DNA from: Phoronis australis
Taxonomy: Eukaryota > Animalia > Phoronida
Direction of reading: 5' to 3'
NCBI GenBank assembly: GCA_002633005.1
Contig: NMRA01000221.1
Coordinates: 76,644 to 140,643 of the forward strand
Length of the DNA stretch: 64,000 nt
The stretch's first letter is position 1. Every line of letters starts with the position of its first letter. Under the pieces are notes generated by a model. It was not told the DNA's origin and made no database searches. It saw nothing but the letters and a program-made list of their open reading frames with translations. Below are positions 1 to 14,148 of this stretch, in pieces. The translations under genes were made by a program, and so were the position numbers.

Positions 1-3000
1 ACAAGCTATCACTACGCATCTGCAATGGGCATGCTGTTGCCATACCACGTCCAATGTTCTCTCAATTCTGCTCCTGGGCGCCGCAGATGTTTTCATCGCC
101 ATTGTCATGAAAAGCAGACGAAGAAAGAACACACACTTAAATCTAACTTTGCCGAAGTTCACGACATATAGAAAGTTGCTCGTTCGAGCCCCTGTGGATT
201 AAGAAAGATCGACAGATAGCTACAAAAACTGACGGGCAGTGAGCGATTTTCGTGAGTTGATCTTTTGTTGCCGTTCTGTTGGTGAGTATTACACGTTTTG
301 AAAGTGTGGAAACGTCGTAAGCTGAGGTCGCATTTGGCGAGTTGTACAAGGAAAAAAATTAAATTCGCTCCTGGCGAGTAAGCCTCGAGCTCTGGTCGCC
401 AAGGGCAATTTCAGCTCGCGAAATGCGAGCTGGTACTCCCCAAATCAGACCTTGAGTTGTGAAAATGATGGAGCCAGTTTGGAGGTTGATGCTTCGATAA
501 TTTGCATAACTAATGCAAATTAAGGCAGCCATTATTGAAAATTCTACATTTGCTTACGGCTGTGTTATCATGGCACTATACCTAAATTATATTGACATTT
601 GCACGCATGGTTATGTGGACAATGGATTTTACAGAAATACTTTAGTAGGGGATGCAGCAAAAATTTGCATAAATTATGTAAATTGAGGCAGCCATTGACA
701 AGTAAATAATATTCGTATTTGCTCCCATATTTCTGTGACCAGTTAATTTAAATTTGTATCCATGTTTCATGGAGCAATTAGTTTAACGAAATAAGGTTAC
801 AGGTTGCTGCTCTCCTCAATGTACTCACTAAGATCATACAGCGAGATATTCAAACATATCTTTACCTTCATACAATGTAACTACAGCATTGAGCAAGACA
901 TACTTAAAAGACTTGCTTGGAAAAATTTCAATGCCAACAACTGATACCCAACCTAGCATATTTCTAAAAAACCTATCAAATACTTCAAGGCGACATATCA
1001 ACATTTTCCCGTTCGACTAAAAATAGAAATGGGTACTTTTCATGGGTTTTGGAGGCCCCGCCAATACTCATTTGATTATAAATATGCCCATAGGGCGGTT
1101 TTGGGTGTAAAGTCTTCCGTTCGACAAAAAAAAACGCTATCGGGACGCTTTGTGTGTTACGACAAACATTTTGGCATAGACCCAGATGTCCCGCATTTTA
1201 TTCGGAAGTCCTGCATTTCAATCCAGTTTTAAGGTTTTATATTCTCGATTGTTGACAACAGTAGAACAGCTGTTCATTTGTCTCTTTCTTATGAATAATG
1301 CTATTTTTCACATTTCTATTTTCTGTTATAACATATCAAACGTAAAAATTTGTTTCAATGTCTCGGTAATACACACCGCATTTATCAGGATAATTGATTT
1401 CTACTTCATGAAGAAGTGAGTTTATTTGCAAAGTACAAGGGAAAGTGCTACACTGCAACCTAATTCATGATTTATCCGCAGCACATTTCATCCTAAACTA
1501 TAGATGTTTGCTCATTTTTATTGATCGGAAAGTCTTTTTCTGCAAGTTTGGGATAGCTACTTGGTGTAATTAGTTTATCACAGTCGTTATATAAATGTCA
1601 CTGCATCCTGAGTTGTTATTAAAAATTGTGTTTAAGGTCCATTTTAAATACATGAAAATATTGGATGAATTCCCGTCACAAAATTCTTCACAACTACTGT
1701 ATTCTGTTATCTTTGTCTTGAACCATTGAAATAATTTCTCTGTTGGTTTAATAAAACATTAACGCTATTAACATTTGTTGCTGCTTCCTTTATATGTTAC
1801 TGGTACATCCTGTTATTTAACGCATTTTGGTGTAATACACTCTTTATTTTAAAAGCTATGAACCAGTTTATAAACCTGGCAGCTTAGTGAAATCAATTGA
1901 TTAATTTATCGTTTACTACCGTTATCTTTATACACATTTAAATACTGATAGAGAGCTTTCTAATGATCTGATTCTTTTGCAATACGGAGTTGAGACACGT
2001 TTTTGACAATAAATTCCACAGCAATTGGCAACACCAGAACAAACGAATGCAAACAAATCCCACCAATGTGCGGTGCAACCGCACCAGCACGAAATCGAAG
2101 TTGGCGCTCCAGGGACTGGGTTCTATGCTGTGGGGCTCTTCGCTGGCAGCTGCACGCTGCTGCTGTGCTGTCCCTACTTTGAATTTGATTCGCTTAAAAT
2201 TTGATGTTGCGCCAGTAAATTGCAACTATGCCGACCCCAAAAAGTTGAATAGCTGAGTCCAACAGTTCTTCACTGGAGAGATTCGGCTGACAAGAGTGCC
2301 ATCGTTTTTCAGCATCGGAATATGTGTTCGTGTAAGCGAGAATACAACAATTTTGATAGGCACTCATTGTTGCATGCAACACTAAAATTAAATCATATCC
2401 ATCAAATCTGTGTTTTAAACAATACAAACACATTTATTGCATCACTGGCGCTTAGGATTTTGAAATGTTACCATTCAGGTCCAGTTCTTTTAGTTCATCA
2501 TCACTTAAGCCCAATGATCGTTTAGCCATCTTCTCATCAATCTGCAACAGCGAAATGATATCCAGTAATTAGCTGTACTTTCTTATTTCCATAATATCGG
2601 CGAATAAAAGTCATCCATAATGCACACAAACATTTCCTGTTGAGTGACAATATCTGACGAGTGCAGTTTTCAAATGCATATTCTATGCTACTGTTACTGA
2701 GTGCCGAAGCGTGTCAGTTTGCGTTCTTTCCAATAATCGTCATGAAAAATTGCTTGAAAACTGCCTCGGAGTTGTTGTTCTCAATGCAGGGTAAAGAATC
2801 GTCATCCGATAAATCCATATGTACACAGACGTTCTCTTGTGCTACAAAGGTTGATTGCATTCAATTCAACTGACATTACAATAGTCGCCTTTCAGTTTGC
2901 GTTCTTTCCAAGGAGCGTCATGAAAAAATGCTTGAAATGCTACTCCCAGATTTTGTTGTTCACAATGCTGGGTGAAGAATGGTCAGTTTTCTGTGTTTTA

Positions 3001-3759
3001 GCTTCTTTGACCCCGTTATCCTTAGAAATTTCAGGCAATGTTTCCAATTTCTATTTATTATCATTACTGACACCATGGGTGAGCTAATCCATTACACAAA
3101 CTATTTCACTGTCTAGCAGCTTCTATAATTTTACAATACCACAAAAAAGGAGATTTCATGTTCAAATTTGACACTAATTTTGAGCGAAAACTGATGTGCC
3201 CGACTTTTAAACTAATTATCAGAGTAGGACTTGTTTAAACTACATTTTAGTAATATAACATAAGCAAGTAAACTGCAACGCATAGTACGATTCAAATCCG
3301 TGACATAGGGTTTATCACCCACTTTGACTTTTTGTCTGGTCTGAAGTGCACTGCGCTAATAAGATAGGAAACTGGTTAGTTTTCTCATCGGAACGTGTGA
3401 TTGAATGAGTTTATGAAAAACACACTTTCATTACACTGTAGTCATGATATGAATAAAAGAAAGAGAAAACAAGAAATTGCGGTGTTAATATGAGTTTGCC
3501 GTCTATATTCGTTATTTTATCCGTTTTATTCATAAACATACTTAGTCGGCACGCATCTGTTTTCAGTTTTATAATGAACACGCGGTTTACTCCGTGGATG
3601 GGTGGCCACAGGTTATCGCTGACCGGTGCGACGACAGACTGAAGACTGGTTCGAGTTGGTCACTTTATTAACTTCGGCCGCACGTACTCAAATCTACTCA
3701 AACAAAACGTACTACGTAATGTCTGTTCTATGCTACAGCTAGTGCAGCAAAACCTTGAC

Positions 3760-3915
3760 CAGGGGCGGATCCAGGATTTTGAGTTGGGGGCGGGGAAGAG
3801 TATTAGCCAGGAATTTGCCCGTCAGACACTTACACCCCGAATTACCAAATTTAAGCTGGGAGAATTTTAGGGGGGGGGGCATGGCCAGCTTGGCCTGCCT
3901 CTAAATCCGCCATTG
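3760..3915. repeat. Short GC-tract MITE (CAGGGGCGGATCC..AATCCGCCA.TG); relatives at 21300-21464, 28985-29144, ~61895, ~63848
   Basis: Shared termini and G/C runs across copies. Confidence 0.7.
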
Positions 3916-4050
3916 AATTTTACTAGCTCCTACAGATGTCTCACCTGTACTGTACATAGCTTCCTTCACCAGATATTATACGCGCTGCAAAATGGCCGTT
4001 CAACGGATATATTCCAGAGAGCAGCGCGTTTTCTAATTTCCAAAGGCGCA

Positions 4051-5733
4051 TCAAGTTGTGGTTGGATGCTTATTGGAGGACTTTATTAGATTAAATTCAA
4101 GGGCTTCGGAAAAGCCGCGGGAGCCTTGCTGAAAACTTTAGTAATGAAAAACGTTCAACATCCACATGATTGAGCTCACTACGTAAAATTGACAGTGGGC
4201 AAAATTTAAAGTTCCTTAGTGCCTGTAACAGAAAAGCCTCAGGACAAGTCCCTTTCTTCCTAAAATTTGTAGATTGTTATGTAATCCTGATACCTTAGCT
4301 GTGAAATGTGTATATCACGCATCAAAAAAAACAAAAAAAAAACGGAACGGCTTGTGTATTGGTGACTAGTGTGCATAGCACCACGATGATCTTGTTTGTT
4401 TGTTGTACGGAAGAAAATACATGTATAAGCTGAAGTTTGGGGCCTCTTTCCTTTGAATCACCTTGTACGCCAGAAAATTCCTTTCGAACTGATTCCAATG
4501 ATATTCTACTGAAACTGGAGTTGCACAAACAAAAAGGGCCCTTGCGAAAATTTGATTGTTATACGATTTTATCGATAAACTTGCGACAAGCTTGCGACCT
4601 AGTTTCCCAAGGGTTGTGTTAGTTTTTAATGTTTTAAGGAAGTTTAGTTACCCAGGATAAAGTGTCGCTTAGTGCATGTGTCTTCCTCTTTTGAATATTT
4701 GAAAAATATGTTCTCTCTGCTAAGGCTTCTTTTGTTGCTGGATTTGTTAGAAAAGCTAGAGTAACCGAGTGAGTCCTGTGCTAAATCATTACAACTTTTG
4801 GTAAGAGTTCATAAGAGCTATAAGAAGAAAGTTTTGACTAGAACTATCCAAAGCAAACACAAATAACTGGGTGCTTATGAATGAAACACAAAGCTTTTCG
4901 GTCCATTTTTGTCAAGATCGATTTTGGTGTAAGACAAAATGACATCCAGGAATTTTAATACCCGGGATATTTGTTTTTGCCGTGAAAAGAACATAATGAT
5001 ATCACCCCGGTGGTAGCATTGCCTCCTGGTGGCCACCTATGTCCTGCACCCGCACCTCACTTCTGGTAATTTCACCTCTGGCGACTCACACGTTCGCAAT
5101 TGCGTTTAACGTGTTGCCGAAGCTCACTAGTGAGCTTACCAGATGCTCTTAGGTGCCAAAAGCAACTTTACTTGTTCAATCTCCCCAAATCGCTGATCCA
5201 CATGTACACATGTCTCAAACTCACTCATCAAATGTTTGTGAGCACAGATGGAGAACGATCATAATATTCCCATTTTTGCACTGCCTTACTTGCTTGTCAG
5301 CATGTCAAAACTATCAACTAAAATGCTTAACGACGTCACTAGCTCTGTAAGAACTGGTTCCCTGCCTCAATCTGAGTGATGTTGGCACTGCCGTGATCAC
5401 TCCACAGAGAACATCAAACCAACGTGGATGTTTGTTGCTAAGTGGACTTAAGGCACACCTCTAACTGTTTTGACGACAATCTACCTTATCGTATCGGTTT
5501 TCAACTATCACGCTTCTTCTTCTCCTCTTGAATGCACCAAAAGAACAGACACCGTCCATGACAACGAAAAGCACCACCAAAAGGGTAAGGGTCTTCAGAG
5601 GTCCCCTGGAAATTAAGTATATTTAAGTGAAACTGTTGAATTTCTCATTTATATCGAACACTAGCCAAGATCGACTCATTGCCCAGCGTGTTCAGACAGA
5701 TCATTTCCATATCCTTTGTATTACTTACACCAT
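4051..5733 (-). CDS. Candidate small secreted peptide precursor (exons 5733-5729, 5605-5485, 4128-4051)
   Basis: Phase-compatible GT-AG joins give MVGPLKTLTLLVVLFVVMDGVCSFGAFKRRRRSVIVENRYDKQGSRGFSEALEFNLIKSSNKHPTTT*; last exon least certain. Confidence 0.35.
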
Positions 5734-8700
5734 TACACACATCCGTTCAGGTGAAGATCATTTAGCGTGGCCTGTTTCTTATTACTCAAGTGGATAAGTA
5801 AATTTAGTTTTGAGGTGCGATGATGAACTGATTTCTATGATGCGAACATTGATTTTGGTTACATATTATGTTCTACATATTTGTGTAATCATTTAGAATG
5901 TGTAGTTTTTCAAAAACATTATACTTCAATAGGTAATGTTATGATATTCGAAGACCCTGCTTGCAACGCTCCATTAACTCCGCCTAAACGTTGCACACAA
6001 CGGTAGTTATGACACTGGACTTAAACAGTACGGTAGCAGGTGTAACTGACAAATCCTTGTTATTGCCCATGAGGTAGCTTCAGACTGAAAAATGGAAAAG
6101 TTCATGTAGACGTTGCCAGACAAAAAATCAGTGGTGAATCTAGGACATCATAAGGCGGGGCCAACATTTTGTCCCGGCCAATAGGCCAAGGTACAATTGC
6201 ATGAGCGCTCCCAGCCTAAAATGAAGGGGTTCAAATTCCCGGGGATGCGGTCCTTTTACCAAATAAAAAAAAAACAAAAAACCGAAAAAGATGCAGCAAG
6301 GACTGTTAAATCTTGTTTCAGGCGCATGTTACTTGCTGCGGTTCATTAAACTCCCTTGTTGTTCTATTTTTTCCGCCCCCTCTAAATCCGCCTTTGAGAA
6401 CAACTTTTTGTGTTTTGACTAAGGAGGCATAGCCATATTGTTAAGCCCCTTCATCTTTCTGGGAAGCATGCAAACTGCAAGTTCTTGTCTGTTCCTTTTC
6501 TATCAGTGATATATTTCATGCGCCCAAGATTGCTGGTATCTGAAACAGTCTTGATCACACTTCACGGACCTGGTTTCATTTGGGATTGATAATCTCTAAT
6601 CCCGTGATTGAATCGTACCCACGACGTGATCTGAGAGCCTGTTGGATCAAGGATGAGCTGTAGATAGTCGGCACTAGCTGTTTTTGACAAGGTCCTCGAA
6701 AGGAGCGTGGTGGTGAATGCTCGACGCGGATGCAGAACCCGGCGCTACATGCGAGCATGAGATGAAGCGAGATTGTCCCATAGCGGGGGGGGGGGTGGTT
6801 GTGAGACCTTCCTCAGGCAAAATTTGAAAAACTAAATGTAATTTGATTTGGGTGCAGTTTGGTGCATTATACAATTTTATTCGTGATAGACAAGACCTTA
6901 ACCCGAGCATCATGTAGTGGAAGTATATGGGCACAGGATACTTCGCAAGACAAATTGCCAGTGAAGTGTCCGGCATGCATGTATACAGTGTGCTCTCTGT
7001 AGTGACACAGTTGTAGAGGCACTTGAGTAAAAATTAATCAGCCACGTAGAGCAAAAATTTTTGAACTTTTTAAACGTAATAAACTAATTGGTATAACGAA
7101 ACTTCCTTTGATATCGTCCTGCTAAACATACATGTAAATCAGTTCTAGTGGATTGGTGTTGGCCGGCGTAGCAGACGATGAATAATCCAGTCCATGCAGA
7201 CAAATCTGATACTGGTTTCCATTCGATATTGTCATTTTGGAGCAGGGCTATGGTTGATTAAACAGTTGGAGGTCATGCCCTGCAGTATAATTCACAATAT
7301 CTTTTGTAAACTCGGACACGATAAAATGCATGAAGCAGAAAGCTTACTGTTTCTTACTTCATTAGCGAGCCCTGGCGCTTCACCATTTTAGAAAATTCGG
7401 ATCGAAGTCGTTGTCTGGTCCCTGGCTGTATGAAATTTATGTGCATTGTCGGATAAACAGGGGCCATAATCTGATATAACGTGCCCGCAATTTGAGAACC
7501 AGTTTGATGTTATTTAGTGGGGAAAACTGGTTCTCAAAATTGGGGCACGTTATATAAGACCATTGCCGATATGAGGTACGAATGGGGATTGAATGACCCG
7601 TGTTTAACGGGAGCACAATTCGAGAGCCCATTTTACAATTATTATTTTTCCCGTTCGATCCACAAACGGCGAAAAGGTGCCGTGTGACTTGTGCTTATTC
7701 ATTATTACTTGCAATCATTTTACTAGAGATCATTTTACTAGCGATCAGTTTTACTAGCGATTTTTTGCGTGGCGGTAAAGTTTCTCCATCACGATTATTT
7801 GTGTGGCGGTCAATTTGAATATGACTTACGAGTGACGGGGCCAAAAAGGAGCGTGGCGGATCTCCCAGAAGTTTACACGCAGGGGAAACCCTTGAAGGGT
7901 GCACAGTTGGAAAATAAATGTATATGTACATGTATAACCCTTTTGCAATTAGCTCTCAGTTTTTTTCTAATGACCTAAACGTGAATGTTTTTTGCGTGCC
8001 AGAACCGTTTGTTTACAAATCCATGGCGCTACAACGCAAATTCGAGTTTACATCAGATTAGCTGTAAAATGAAATTTCGATTTTTAGAAAATCGAATCAT
8101 TGTCGTTTGAGAATTCTGGTTGGGCTCATATCATAATTTTAGTTTCATTTTAGATTTCATTGCGGCCAGCAGATCGTTAAACGGTTTTTTCTTACATATA
8201 CACCGACCTGTCTGACATCTGCCCACAATAACACATTGGGCGGATATAATTGAAAGATTTTTGCTTATTGTATATAAACGTGTTATATCACAGGCCAAAA
8301 CTTATCTGACGCTAACCTACTTACATGCCAGTATCTGTCAAAATTTCACACTGTCAAGTTCAAGAATCAGTCTTCTCTCCACTCCTGTAGCGAATGCACT
8401 GTAATAATACTCTAGGCATTAAAATGTTTTTAACCTGAACAAACTATACCAGCGATACAGTCCACTGAAATTCAATAAAAGGATGATGAATCTGGCAACT
8501 GACGGTGAATTCTGATTGGTTGAAAGATAAGAAAAATAAACTTAGTCCTTGGCTTGCAGATACTACAACAACATGCTATTTTTACTGATAATTTGACTGT
8601 GGAATCCATGAAATTTTCTGTCTTCGGCTCTGTTAACTTTTACAACTTTTTATAGCAAATGAATTTTCCAGACCTTTATTAGGGTGTTGGGAAGAATAAT

Positions 8701-10899
8701 CAGAGTACATTTTTTTCGAATACTCTAATGGGATGGTTGCAGTATATAATCATACACAGACGCTTAGAAATGAACTTTTTAGAAAGAAATTGGCGTAACC
8801 GAGTTAATTCTTTGTCAAGTTATTTTTGTTATTGTTCTGACGAAAATATTACTAATTTGTTTTGAAATTGCAACAGTGTTAAAAGTTATCTGGCTTTAGC
8901 TTTCTCGTGTTGTGAGTCATATTTCCAATGTTGATGTTACCATATCAGCTAGAGAATAAGCTTTATTTGACTTTATGACGTAATTTTATGTTTGGTACTT
9001 GAAAATGTGTATTTTTAAGAATCACCAGAATGTGTTGAGTCTGTATGTATTTGCCTGTTTCAAAACCACGGATTTGGAGTTGTGAGAATTAAGCAGTCGT
9101 ACTCTTCCTCCGCCAGTTTAATTTGTCACTCAGTACCAGCGTTAGAGGATTTGAGTTGACCCAGCTACACAGGTCAATGTTGCGCCTCGATACACAAATT
9201 GTTCACACAAATATGTCTAATGTCTCACGAAAAAAGAAGCTCTACTTTGTCCCTGTTTACTGTGCCCGTTTAACACAACTTAATTTGAATAGGAGTGGAT
9301 TCACCAACGATCGTGAAAAAACAACTAATAATTATGTTTGTACATGTATGTATAGTTAAGTGATGGCTACTTTAACTTCTTGTTGAACGTTTGGAACTGG
9401 CCAGTATATAAATTTCCATTAAGGTGTGTCTTAAGTTCTTGAGAACAAGTACTGTAGGTGTTAAGGTTTGCACGCTATGGAAGAAGTGTGCTTCACCAAA
9501 ATGCGGCTGGCAGATCACTGTCGTTGTAACGGGGACTAACCACAGTTTCAAAAGAAACAAGAAACACTCGTAGGCCCTGAAATCTATAACCCCGTTTTTT
9601 GTTGTCCGTGGCAATGATACGTTCAGAGGTGACTGTGTCCTCCTCAGTCCTCCTAAATCCACCCATGCTTGCGATAGGTCACTGGTTGTTCATACGCAAG
9701 CGCGCTGTGGAATGAGTATCCCAACTCCCTGCTCGGACAGTCTCAGTGGATACAGCTTTTGATCAATGAGATGATTATAAGGGAGTTGAAGTCACGTGGT
9801 TTACGATGAGGGGAATCGTCCGCCATTTTGATGATGAACCAAATAAGCTGGCCGCTTGTGTACTGTGTAGCATTGAAGTGCAAAAATAGGTGAACAAAAA
9901 TTCAAAGCGACAAAACATTACGTTTTAGAGGTAACAATAAACGGGGCTTTTCATTATTGGTGTTTTTGATGTGTGTCACTCTGATTGAATATTGACAAAA
10001 TTGATTATTTATCAAACGGATGAATTGTGCACTGTCTGTGGCCTGGCATACAAACAAACATATCGGTATAGAGTATCTTTGATAGAAATGATGCATCATC
10101 CCTAGTCGAGTTACCAGTTGTGTCAACAAACTGCAGGCTCTACAAGGGCAGGCTACCAGTGCGAAGTCTCATAACCTCCACCGGGGAGCTCCAGCATACA
10201 TGTATGTGTGACGTCAGGTGGATAAGAGTATTGGCTAACGTTCACCATTCTGCCCTCGGACCACTCAGCAGTTTGTTAGTTCGAGGCCTATCGGATTTCC
10301 TGATTGAAACACTGAATGAATGAACAAACATGGCCCTTTCTTCCACTGCTAGCACTCTATTACATACATGTACATGTAGGATTGAAGAAACAAGACAAAC
10401 ACAGAACTAATAAAAATTAAGAGCCAAAGCTACAGCAAAGTACCATTTACTTTTTATGAAAATTATCCCACCAGAATCAGTCGTATTGCTTTTTCGTAGG
10501 GTCTTTGTTCCCAGGTCCATCAAGATTATGAGCTCCCAACACCATTCAACATAAGTGGCAGTGAGCACGATTATTTCCAAAATCTGTCCCCTGAGCACCT
10601 AAGCGTCGAGGATATCAGTGTGCTTTATTGTTCTTTAAGTTATTACAATAGTGCTATGAATTGATTGCCGGGAAACCTCAAGTCAAGTGAAGAGTTTTGT
10701 CACTTGCTAAAGCTGAAGAAAAACAGCAGCCCCATGGTGCCAGCACCTGAAGTTATATATATGCATATTGATTTTTTAGGTATTTATTATCATTTAGAAA
10801 CAATTACAAAAAACAAAGAAATAAGTACACCATTCATTCACGCTTGCACACCTCAGGAAGACCATTCTCGTATCTCGTTTAAAGTAGATATCTTTACAT

Positions 10900-11449
10900 G
10901 TAGTTAACATGAACAATAAAATTTTCCCATTTCGCAGAGAAGCTGTCATATACAAAGTTTTTATATGCAATTATTTTTTCAGTATTATAGTACTCATAAG
11001 TATATGTAACGAACTTGTGAAAATTAGGTATATTTTTGTAACATCTCTCCTTGTAAATGTACTGTTTAGCTAGTAGAAGCAAAACGTTAAAAAGAAAATC
11101 ATGCGTCTTGTAAAGTCTAAGAATAACACTATCGTAAGACAGACTGGTGGGAAACTGAATGCGACACTTTTGAAGTAGCTTTCCGAATTCCTTCCAGAAA
11201 TCTTGAACAAAGCTACATTCCCAAAAGGGTGTGACAGCGTCTCTGGAGGGCTTTCAAGATATTTACGGGCCACGGCGAGTTTTAAAGCTTTGATGAAAGT
11301 ATGCATATTTATCTTTTGAATTCCCACTTGATCAAGTCCTAAACAGGCCGCGGTTTGTTTAATTTTATCATTACGGGCCTGCCATAAAAATCTAAAAAAT
11401 GTCGTATTCAATTCATCCAAGACTTTTACTGGTGGGTTTGGTAAACTTG
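10900..11449 (-). mobile_element. Tx1/L1 ORF2 C-terminal fragment
   Basis: FFRFLWQARNDKIK..GIQKINMHTFIKALKL. Confidence 0.7.
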
Positions 11450-12110
11450 NNNNNNNNNNNNNNNNNNNNNNNNNNNNNNNNNNNNNNNNNNNNNNNNNNN
11501 NNNNNNNNNNNNNNNNNNNNNNNNNNNNNNNNNNNNNNNNNNNNNNNNNNNNNNNNNNNNNNNNNNNNNNNNNNNNNNNNNNNNNNNNNNNNNNNNNNNN
11601 NNNNNNNNNNNNNNNNNNNNNNNNNNNNNNNNNNNNNNNNNNNNNNNNNNNNNNNNNNNNNNNNNNNNNNNNNNNNNNNNNNNNNNNNNNNNNNNNNNNN
11701 NNNNNNNNNNNNNNNNNNNNNNNNNNNNNNNNNNNNNNNNNNNNNNNNNNNNNNNNNNNNNNNNNNNNNNNNNNNNNNNNNNNNNNNNNNNNNNNNNNNN
11801 NNNNNNNNNNNNNNNNNNNNNNNNNNNNNNNNNNNNNNNNNNNNNNNNNNNNNNNNNNNNNNNNNNNNNNNNNNNNNNNNNNNNNNNNNNNNNNNNNNNN
11901 NNNNNNNNNNNNNNNNNNNNNNNNNNNNNNNNNNNNNNNNNNNNNNNNNNNNNNNNNNNNNNNNNNNNNNNNNNNNNNNNNNNNNNNNNNNNNNNNNNNN
12001 NNNNNNNNNNNNNNNNNNNNNNNNNNNNNNNNNNNNNNNNNNNNNNNNNNNNNNNNNNNNNNNNNNNNNNNNNNNNNNNNNNNNNNNNNNNNNNNNNNNN
12101 NNNNNNNNNN
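11450..12110. other. Assembly gap (661 N)
   Basis: Run of N. Confidence 1.
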
Positions 12111-12639
12111 TGATAAAAAGAGATATTGTAAGGAACGTGGTGTTGTGGCTCAGTATGTGCCGAGAGCTGTGACCGGGGTGGAGAGAAGCAAGCTGCAGTA
12201 ATGGACGCTCAAGTACAGGTCTGGTCGCTAGCCAATGACGTCGGTTCTTGCCTGACGGTAACACGCTCCGGGCTTGAAGAAGGTACCAGCAGTGGCTGTA
12301 AAAACAACAATAACCAACAGCAGATTTTGTTCGGCAAAAGGGATGGAGCGTGGTAAAGGTAGAAAACGGTTGACGTGAAATTTTGTGGTACCCCGGGTAG
12401 GGAGGGCGGGAGAGGTATAAACTTGTCTAATTAGGAAAACTTACGAGTGAATGTACTGTTGCTTGAGGCTGGGCCAACAGGAAGCTGGAGAGAAAGAACA
12501 AACAGCGCAACCATCGGACTTGGTAGGAATTAACCAGCAGTTGGATACGAAGCGTGAAGGGCTCATAATGGTATTTGCCCAAATAATAGGATTTATGTCA
12601 GAGTGCCATAAATCTCATTATATGTCACATTGAGTAAGG

Positions 12640-13330
12640 TCAAATAATGTTAATTTATCTGCTCCCTTAGAGATGCAGGTGATCACTCCCTCTTTCTGTG
12701 TTGAGGATAACTGGCCAACAGCAAAACCAGTATTAAGTGTGCGAACAACGAGATGTCCAATGTCAGCCCAAAAAAATTCCACTGAAAAACCACCAGAACC
12801 TGGGCTCTTGTTGTTTTTCATTTCTTTTCAAGCATTGTGTGACTTCTTCATATGTAAGAAGACATTACAATTTTTCTTTTTCTATCTCATTCAGTTAGGA
12901 GGAACAAACCTCATCAAGAAGAGTTTCTAAAGCAGTATTGTTAGACTGTCTATATTTGCATAAATTTTCATAAAAAGTTTTGGTTTCCTAAATAACTTCT
13001 TCTTCACTATTGACTTTATTGTCAGATTTCCACAAAAAGGCATAAACTTACTTGTGTAATGCCTATTTTCCAAGTGAAGAAAATATTTGGAAGGCTTTTC
13101 ACCTTCTTCAATCCATCTTGCTCTCGACCTAGTCATAAGACCTCTTAACTTATTTTGCCTTAGCTCGGCAAGTAGATTATTTTTTTGTTCCAGTAGTACC
13201 CTGCCAAGGCTTAGACTTTTTTCCAACAAGCTTATTTCTTTGATAAGTTGCTGTTCAACTATATTACTTTTTCTTTTTTAGTAAGTAGCATATTAATCTT
13301 TGCCGAAAATATCTTGAGAAGAGACGCGAA
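12640..13330 (-). mobile_element. Tx1/L1-clade LINE ORF2 fragment
   Basis: RSRARWIEEGEKPSKYFLHLENRHY; MKNNKSPGSGGFSVEFF..GQLSSTQKEGVITCI.KG. Confidence 0.88.
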
Positions 13331-13367
13331 TGTTTTCTTTTCCAATTGGATCTGCTCTGCGTGGAAA

Positions 13368-14148
13368 GTAAGTGTTAGCGTGAAAGAGAATGTGGCAACA
13401 GCGACCTATTTGACTCGAAGAACAATGTTACTAAACATAGTATGGACATGATAATTATTTTATTTGATTGAGTTGTTGGCGGCCAAGAACTATAATATTA
13501 GAATGAATCATGTTACACATTGCATCATTTGAAACTGGTAGTGTGAGCCAGAAGCTGACCAGGCTTATTTTAACAAAGGCCAATGAATTCATGGATTTTT
13601 AAAAAAACTTCTGTGGTTATGCGCTAGTTTTTGGTTTCGAAATTTTCAAATAGAAAAGGCCAGCTGAAATGGGCCGGTCTCCGTTTCTTAACATTGTGTC
13701 ATGTTGGCTGACATTATTTAGATTCCTTTTCCCCCATTGTTACCTCATGTCAAGAATTGTACACTTGGCCTACATCAAAATCCTGCACTCACTGCTTGTT
13801 TTGTATTTGGTACATTATGTTTCACATACCCCAGAATGAATGAGGCACAGAAAGAATACTGGCGGGACTACGCGCCAGCTCTGGGCAACATTCGGTTGAA
13901 ATTCACAGGCTAAAAGTCACATGTCTTGTCCGATTTTAAAAATTCAAAAACCAAACAACGTCTACTTTTCATGAACGATTCAAATATGCTTTTTAAAAAT
14001 TTTCAACTCGAAAATTAGAAAGAATTGTCGCCCCCAGTGTGTTTATGGGGGTTGCGATTATCTAGAAACGATAACATTAACCACAACAGCATAAGGTCTT
14101 TGATTCCTGGGTTAGGCAAACCCGTCGATTTGTCCAATCTCGACCGGT
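13368..14148 (+). repeat. Direct duplication, copy A (~0.8 kb)
   Basis: Near-identical to 16835-17644; lacks about 31 bp present in copy B. Confidence 0.9.

Noticed and set aside
2600-2990. Imperfect short tandem duplication
   Set aside because: Ordinary subterminal-type repeat with no further structure seen
9770-9835. Minus-strand AAAATGGCGG start with nearby GTCACGTG E-box
   Set aside because: Frame closes after 27 codons; the motif is common in repeats; no linked exon found
10140-10600. Coding-looking minus-strand fragments
   Set aside because: Stops in the frames tried and no recognisable family
11399-12264. Long ORFs of 257 and 283 aa
   Set aside because: Artefacts of the N gap
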